Shown: in pieces, positions 58,365 to 64,000 of the stretch
How positions within the stretch are numbered: position 1 is the first letter of the stretch
Layout: the number at the start of each line of letters is the position of its first letter
Assembly: GCA_001600815.1 (NCBI GenBank)
Contig: BCKZ01000004.1
Span: 1,143,566 to 1,207,565, forward strand
Source: Alloascoidea hylecoeti
Taxonomy: Eukaryota
Reading direction: 5' to 3'
Length of the DNA stretch: 64,000 nt
The notes under the pieces: model-generated
What the model was told of the DNA's origin: nothing
The model's input: the letters and a program-made list of their open reading frames with translations, nothing else
Database searches by the model: none
Program-made: the position numbers and the translations under genes

Positions 58365-61300
58365 ATGGCTTCGGGATCTTCCTCATATAATACAAAGGAG
58401 TTGAAAAGATTTCTTGTTGAATCTCCTGTTAGAAATGGGTTTAACTTTTCAAGTAAGGCTAGAAGAAATATTCGAATGGCCCTATTTTATGCCGCATCAA
58501 GCAATGGTGAATTTTTCCCCCATTTTTCGCATCAGCTGGTTGGGAACCCACAATGCCCAAAGTCATGGTCGGAACTGTATACTATTGAAGATATAGATGA
58601 TTCTAATGATATTGAAATTTCAAAACAATGGAAAATAGAAACCGAAAATGAAAAGTTTTCCCATAATAATAGGCCATGTGGTTATAGAATTAAGGCCAGT
58701 GAACCAATGTACAAATGTAATACATGTGAACGTGGAACTGGTAGTATTATGTGCCATCAGTGTTATTCAGAAGAATATCATCAAGGTCATCATGTCTCAA
58801 TCACAATATCTTGTTCAGATAATGGAGGTGTTTGTGATTGTGGTGATTCAGAAGCATGGAATGATGTGTTCCCTTGTAGATATAATCAACAAAGTTTTAT
58901 TAAAGGCCAAAAACATTCATTACCACCTAAACTGATAATAGCAATAACTGAAGTTATGTCTGTTTTATTAAATTACATTATAGATGTTTTATCACAGTCT
59001 TCTTTAATACTTCAAAAAGATAAAATATTTACACCAGAAGAGATTCATAAATTTTCTAATGAATCAGGACTTAGTAGTTCTGTATATGGTGAAGAGGATC
59101 ATAATTCATCTGATTATTATTTGGTTCTGTATAATGATCCTATTAGGGAAATGACAGATGCCTGTGAAAGAGTTCGTGAAGCTACAGAGAAGTCCAAAGA
59201 ATCTCATGAATCACTAACTATAGTGAATACAGTACACACCTATGGTCGTGCCCCTATTTTAAATTCACAAGATATATCTTATCTACTCTCTAGAAAAGAA
59301 GTACTAGGGTCTACAGGTCTTGCATCATGCATTCGAAGTCATCGGGATTATTATAGGGAAGAAATGTGTGCTGAAATTGTGAATTGGATGGAAAATCTTT
59401 TATTATTTTCATATCAAGGAAATTATGGTTTAGTATATCAACCAATGAGTTTTGCATTTCTTCGTTCTTGGGAAATAGGATCTGAAAAAGTTTTGCTCTC
59501 AACTCCAAATAATAAAAGTCATATAGTTGATGGATTTTTGAATGGCCGTGACATCCCAACTTTCGACACATCAGATGATAATGATATTGATTTTGATGTT
59601 CCGCCACATTGGCAAAAAATGGATAATAAAGCTCATACTGATTCAATTTTTAATGATGATATCGATCCCGCTTTCACCAAATTATGTCAATATGATTTAA
59701 ATGGACCACTTTCATCTCGCTTACAATACTTGCTTTACTTCAATATACGACTATGGAAATCAACAAGGATATCTTTTAATGAAATGGTTGGTGTTTGCTT
59801 ATTATCAGACAAAAATAGTAAGCTTGTGGTTACTAGACAATTTATTGAAGTATATCCTCAACTAGGACAACTTTTATTTTACTATGATAGAGAACCTGCA
59901 AGAAACATTATGGAATCATTTAGTCCTCAACTGTTCCAGTCACCAACTAATGCATCTGCAGTTACCAAAAGTGGATTTCTTTCTCGTTCATTAGCCATGA
60001 ACTTTGGATTCTTTACTATGAATAAAGTGATTGCACCAAATCAAGTGAATGTTTTATTACCATTAGATATTTCTTCATTACAAAATCGACAATTCATAAA
60101 TACTATGTATCATCTTACCAGTATTATTAGACAATTTAAATTCGATCCATATGGTAAGCTTGATAGAGATATAATTTATGAACTTTGTGATTTGATATTA
60201 CTGTTTAATGGATTATGTCCTGTGAAAAGAGAAACTGAAATACATACTGAATATGAATCAAAGGAATATATAACAGTTCTTAATGCTTTGGAATATATTA
60301 ATAAAATAGCACTTGAAGTATCATATGCTACACAATATATCAAGGAAGAAGATGAAAAAGCTATAATAATCTCTCAAATTTGTTCTGTTTTGACGGATTT
60401 AGCTAGAGGTGATTTAAATGAGCGTTACTCAAAGTCAGATACCGAGAGTACATTAACATATCCTTCTCCTACAAAATTCGTTTCATTCTCAAAATCTTTA
60501 AATACACTATTTTATAAAATTGTTGATTTTCGAGTTGGATCTTCAAAATTAAGTTTTTTACATCCTCTTCATGCTTTTCTAACTTGGCTTGTACATTTTA
60601 ATAGTCCTTATATTACTTCATCTGAAAAGTTGAAAAGTATATTATTACAAGAGAAACATGTAAATTTGCAAGATTTATATTTGATATTTGATTATCCTCT
60701 TCGTTCATTAGTTCTTATGTCACAAATTAAATTGGGATTATGGGTTCGAAATGGTTATAGTATTCGTTCTCAATTATATACCTATCATAAGACAAGACTC
60801 CGAAATCATGGCTTTAGGAGAGACGTTTATGCCACACAAATGTTTTTATGTGTTACTGATAGTGCTACAGCAATAGCAACGATAATTGATCGTTATGGTT
60901 TAACTGCTTGGACGCGTCAAGATTATCTCGATTTTAAGGAAAATGGGTATGATGGTTCCAATATTATTCCTATGGTAGAAGAACTTCTATCTATGTTAAT
61001 AGTATTGGTTAGTGAAAGAGATTTTGTTACTCCCTTTTCATCTGGTACTAATAACATTGGTATTCTTAATATTCTTAGAAGAGAACTTATTCATAGAGCA
61101 GCATTATCTCCAATGTCACATTCTAGCCTTAACACATTATTTCCTCGAAGTACTGTTACAGATAGAAGATTTAATTCAATTTTTACAAGCGTTACAACAT
61201 TCATACCACCTTCTGGAATTACAGGAATTGGTAAATATAAATTAAAGGATGAAATTTTCAAAGAAATAGATCCATATTATATTCATTATACAAACAATGA

Positions 61301-64000
61301 AAGAGAGGAATGTATAAAAATATTGAAAGAAAGGTTAGGAAAAGAAGCTGGCAAACCCCCTTCTGAAATGGTTATCAATTCAAATTTATACAGCTTGGAG
61401 AATACTGCATTTACTCGGCTTACTAAATTCACAACAACTGAAGTTTTTTTTCTCTTTCTTTATTCTACTGCTCAATTTATACTAACAAACGGTCCCTCTA
61501 AAACAGATACACTACTTGAACTTTTATTACATTTGATACATATCAGTGTTATTGAAAATACAAAGTTCGACCTCAGTCTAGATATCAATATAAAATATAC
61601 TAACCGGACATTTTCTAATGCTTGCGTTGATTATCCTTTTTCAAATGATAATCCTCCTCTAGCAACACTAATGGTTAGGCTATTAAAAGATGATCTGTTT
61701 TCTCCTTCACATCCCAAATTGAGAGCAATACTAATGGAGATTAGTAACAGAGTTTCTAAAGAAGAATGGAATAATAATCTGGTGAATAAGGAAGATGGAT
61801 TTCAACTTTTAGAAATATTAAAGAGATATCATGAGCTTAATGAAAATCAAAATGAAGATGAAACAAAACGTAAAAAAAGAATTGCTAAGTTACGAAAAGA
61901 AAAAGTAATGGCTAATTTTAAACAACAACAAAATCAATTTATTGAAAATAATAGAACTGAATTTGAAATGGATGATAATAATACTAGTGATAACAATGGA
62001 GAGAGTTGTATAATTTGTCAAATTGGTGATAAGTCAGATGATGTATTTGGAACTATATGTCATGTTGGGAATTCTTCAGTTTTCAGATCTGTTCCATTTG
62101 ATGATGATTATTGGGGCTTAAAGGCTTTTGGGGATAGTGCTAATCTTGATTCTGATTCATTTGACTATACAGAGACTGAAGGTACTGATAAATGGAAAAA
62201 TCATCTTACAGAAATCAAATCGAATCATGTTACTGGACCAGGCTTTCCACGTGTTAAGGGATCTGATATTCATGGTAAAAACGCTAGCAATACTATTCTA
62301 GATGAAAATGAAAATTTGGAAAACTTTAATAGTAAAAAGGTACACGACTATCAAATGAATTTTGAAACTCATCCAGTTCTTGTAAGTTGTGGTCATGGAA
62401 TGCATTTTAATTGTTTCCTAAAATATATTCGTTTTCCCGAATCACGTCCAACTCGAACTACAACTGATGATCCCGAAAATCCAAACTCAAGTGAGTTTTT
62501 ATGTCCTCTTTGTAAATCATTAAACAATGTTTTTCTTCCTTCAATCTCACAAAATCCAAATTTCAAAAATTTCAAAAATTTCTTAGCGCCTGCAGCTAGG
62601 GTTGTAATTGGTTCAAATTCTATATTTGACTCTGCCTGTAAGTATAATTGGTCTGAAGGTTTAGAAAAGATAAAATATTTCACTTCACAATCTCCTTGTG
62701 AGCAGGAAATTATCTCGCGACAAGTGGGGACTCAGACTATGGATCTATTTCTAAACTTCACTAAAGAATCTCTAACTTCCATAAATGGAGACATACTATC
62801 AAGGAGAGATAACTTGGCCTTCATAACAAGAAAGTCAATCATGATTGATATAATGAAGAGAATAGAAAAGCAATTGAATTTATTATTACCAAAGTCTAGT
62901 TACAGCTCCGGTATTGCTAGATATGCGACAGGTGACTTATCATTGGATCATTTGACTACAACTCTAATAGCACATACGATTGAAGCGTTAGAAATTTCTC
63001 TCCGAGGTCGTGGTTATACTACTCAGTTTAATTTAATACTAGAACAAGTGCCCAGCAAAGTACTAAGATATTTGAGGACTTTATGTGAGTATAGGTCACT
63101 ATGGTTGGAATTCGTAGCAGCAGATCCCACTACTCAACATGAAGCATCCCCAACATTCATGAATGAAAGAAATAAAAATCAAATGTTTAATGAACGATTT
63201 CAAATATTGGAAAGTCTTCAATCTAATAAATTCTTTGATTATATCCTTACTGATAACTTATTTGTTGAGATGTTAACCATACCGATAATCACAAGCTTTG
63301 ATATGTGTTTCAATACAATAGTTAGACTTTTTTTATTTGGTGAAGTAATTCAAAAATCATATTCAATCTTACTTGAGTTATTCAAGAATAATAATCGAAA
63401 AGATGGATTATCAATTACTGACTTACCCAGATTGGGAAATTTAAGTGATTCAAATTTAATTAATTTTGGAAAGTTTGTTGGTATTCTTGGATATGCATTT
63501 ATAACTAAAGCAGATCATTTAAATTTATTGGATCAAGCCATCTGTGATAAGAATTTTCTGGTTGCATTTTTTTCCATGGTGGTTAAAGCAATTACGCCAT
63601 TTTTAAGAAGAGCAATATTATATGCTTATATTTATTGTGCTGATTCTAGCAATTATGACAGCAATTGCTTTGAATATGAGGGATATGAAGCAGATAGGTT
63701 ATGCAAATTCTTAGAAATCCCTTCATTATTTGAAATCATAGAATTATGCTTGTCTGAATTTAGTTATGAAGGTCATCGGTTTAGAGAATTCTGTGAATAT
63801 GTTGAAGGAAAAGAAAATATTGACCCTGTTAGAATTGGTTATCCAGGTGTGGAAAGCTTAATCGAGTTACCGGTTAGGCTTGATACTTATTTCACAAACA
63901 AATTTTATAGAAAGAAACAATACTCTCCTGTATTTTCTCATTGTGAAGCTGCAGTTTGTATGTTTTGTGGGGTAACTGTTAGATTGAAATACTCCAAGTT
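58365..64000 (+). CDS. Ubr1/Ubr2-family N-recognin RING E3 ubiquitin ligase (3'-partial; absent from the ORF track because it has no stop in the window)
   Basis: Frame from ATG 58365 was spot-checked to the window end. It has a UBR box (HNNRPCG...GGVCDCGDSEAW), a ClpS-like segment, SFLHPLH, DYPLR, GLWVRNG and a split RING-H2 (CIICQ...SCGHGMHFNCF...EFLCPLCKSLNN). Confidence 0.9.
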   Translation, partial: MASGSSSYNTKELKRFLVESPVRNGFNFSSKARRNIRMALFYAASSNGEFFPHFSHQLVGNPQCPKSWSELYTIEDIDDSNDIEISKQWKIETENEKFSHNNRPCGYRIKASEPMYKCNTCERGTGSIMCHQCYSEEYHQGHHVSITISCSDNGGVCDCGDSEAWNDVFPCRYNQQSFIKGQKHSLPPKLIIAITEVMSVLLNYIIDVLSQSSLILQKDKIFTPEEIHKFSNESGLSSSVYGEEDHNSSDYYLVLYNDPIREMTDACERVREATEKSKESHESLTIVNTVHTYGRAPILNSQDISYLLSRKEVLGSTGLASCIRSHRDYYREEMCAEIVNWMENLLLFSYQGNYGLVYQPMSFAFLRSWEIGSEKVLLSTPNNKSHIVDGFLNGRDIPTFDTSDDNDIDFDVPPHWQKMDNKAHTDSIFNDDIDPAFTKLCQYDLNGPLSSRLQYLLYFNIRLWKSTRISFNEMVGVCLLSDKNSKLVVTRQFIEVYPQLGQLLFYYDREPARNIMESFSPQLFQSPTNASAVTKSGFLSRSLAMNFGFFTMNKVIAPNQVNVLLPLDISSLQNRQFINTMYHLTSIIRQFKFDPYGKLDRDIIYELCDLILLFNGLCPVKRETEIHTEYESKEYITVLNALEYINKIALEVSYATQYIKEEDEKAIIISQICSVLTDLARGDLNERYSKSDTESTLTYPSPTKFVSFSKSLNTLFYKIVDFRVGSSKLSFLHPLHAFLTWLVHFNSPYITSSEKLKSILLQEKHVNLQDLYLIFDYPLRSLVLMSQIKLGLWVRNGYSIRSQLYTYHKTRLRNHGFRRDVYATQMFLCVTDSATAIATIIDRYGLTAWTRQDYLDFKENGYDGSNIIPMVEELLSMLIVLVSERDFVTPFSSGTNNIGILNILRRELIHRAALSPMSHSSLNTLFPRSTVTDRRFNSIFTSVTTFIPPSGITGIGKYKLKDEIFKEIDPYYIHYTNNEREECIKILKERLGKEAGKPPSEMVINSNLYSLENTAFTRLTKFTTTEVFFLFLYSTAQFILTNGPSKTDTLLELLLHLIHISVIENTKFDLSLDINIKYTNRTFSNACVDYPFSNDNPPLATLMVRLLKDDLFSPSHPKLRAILMEISNRVSKEEWNNNLVNKEDGFQLLEILKRYHELNENQNEDETKRKKRIAKLRKEKVMANFKQQQNQFIENNRTEFEMDDNNTSDNNGESCIICQIGDKSDDVFGTICHVGNSSVFRSVPFDDDYWGLKAFGDSANLDSDSFDYTETEGTDKWKNHLTEIKSNHVTGPGFPRVKGSDIHGKNASNTILDENENLENFNSKKVHDYQMNFETHPVLVSCGHGMHFNCFLKYIRFPESRPTRTTTDDPENPNSSEFLCPLCKSLNNVFLPSISQNPNFKNFKNFLAPAARVVIGSNSIFDSACKYNWSEGLEKIKYFTSQSPCEQEIISRQVGTQTMDLFLNFTKESLTSINGDILSRRDNLAFITRKSIMIDIMKRIEKQLNLLLPKSSYSSGIARYATGDLSLDHLTTTLIAHTIEALEISLRGRGYTTQFNLILEQVPSKVLRYLRTLCEYRSLWLEFVAADPTTQHEASPTFMNERNKNQMFNERFQILESLQSNKFFDYILTDNLFVEMLTIPIITSFDMCFNTIVRLFLFGEVIQKSYSILLELFKNNNRKDGLSITDLPRLGNLSDSNLINFGKFVGILGYAFITKADHLNLLDQAICDKNFLVAFFSMVVKAITPFLRRAILYAYIYCADSSNYDSNCFEYEGYEADRLCKFLEIPSLFEIIELCLSEFSYEGHRFREFCEYVEGKENIDPVRIGYPGVESLIELPVRLDTYFTNKFYRKKQYSPVFSHCEAAVCMFCGVTVRLKYSK

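Overview
AT-rich budding-yeast (Saccharomycotina-type) nuclear DNA. CTG sits at invariant Leu positions (Ras TIQL, kinase WRLG/KLLNH), so the code looks standard. About 19 recognisable protein genes: CYK3 (5'-partial), SAM synthetase, PPN1, RAS, EPL1, a Gin4/Hsl1-family kinase, OST2, OCA1, a DH-type RhoGEF, UAF30/TRI1-like, a C2/MUN protein, a pepsin-fold membrane protein, SNF7, MTR2, a SUR7/PalI protein, a Tag1-like protein, ILV6, a KHDC4-like KH protein and a 3'-partial UBR E3 ligase. There is also an intron-containing tRNA-Arg(UCU). Five genes need splicing that the ORF track misses (9 introns reconstructed by eye). Most unusual signals: (1) a GC-rich island at the divergent EPL1/kinase promoter with a perfect 54-bp inverted repeat, 11 CACGTG boxes and a G-quadruplex-type repeat; (2) a pepsin-fold type I membrane protein lacking both catalytic Asp motifs; (3) a local segmental duplication ~13 kb apart, with each copy keeping a different intact gene and a 24-bp hairpin at a breakpoint; (4) a decayed Fot1/pogo-type transposase; (5) a head-to-head pair of decayed Gid4/Vid24-like genes. 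All assignments are from remembered motifs; no searches were run.
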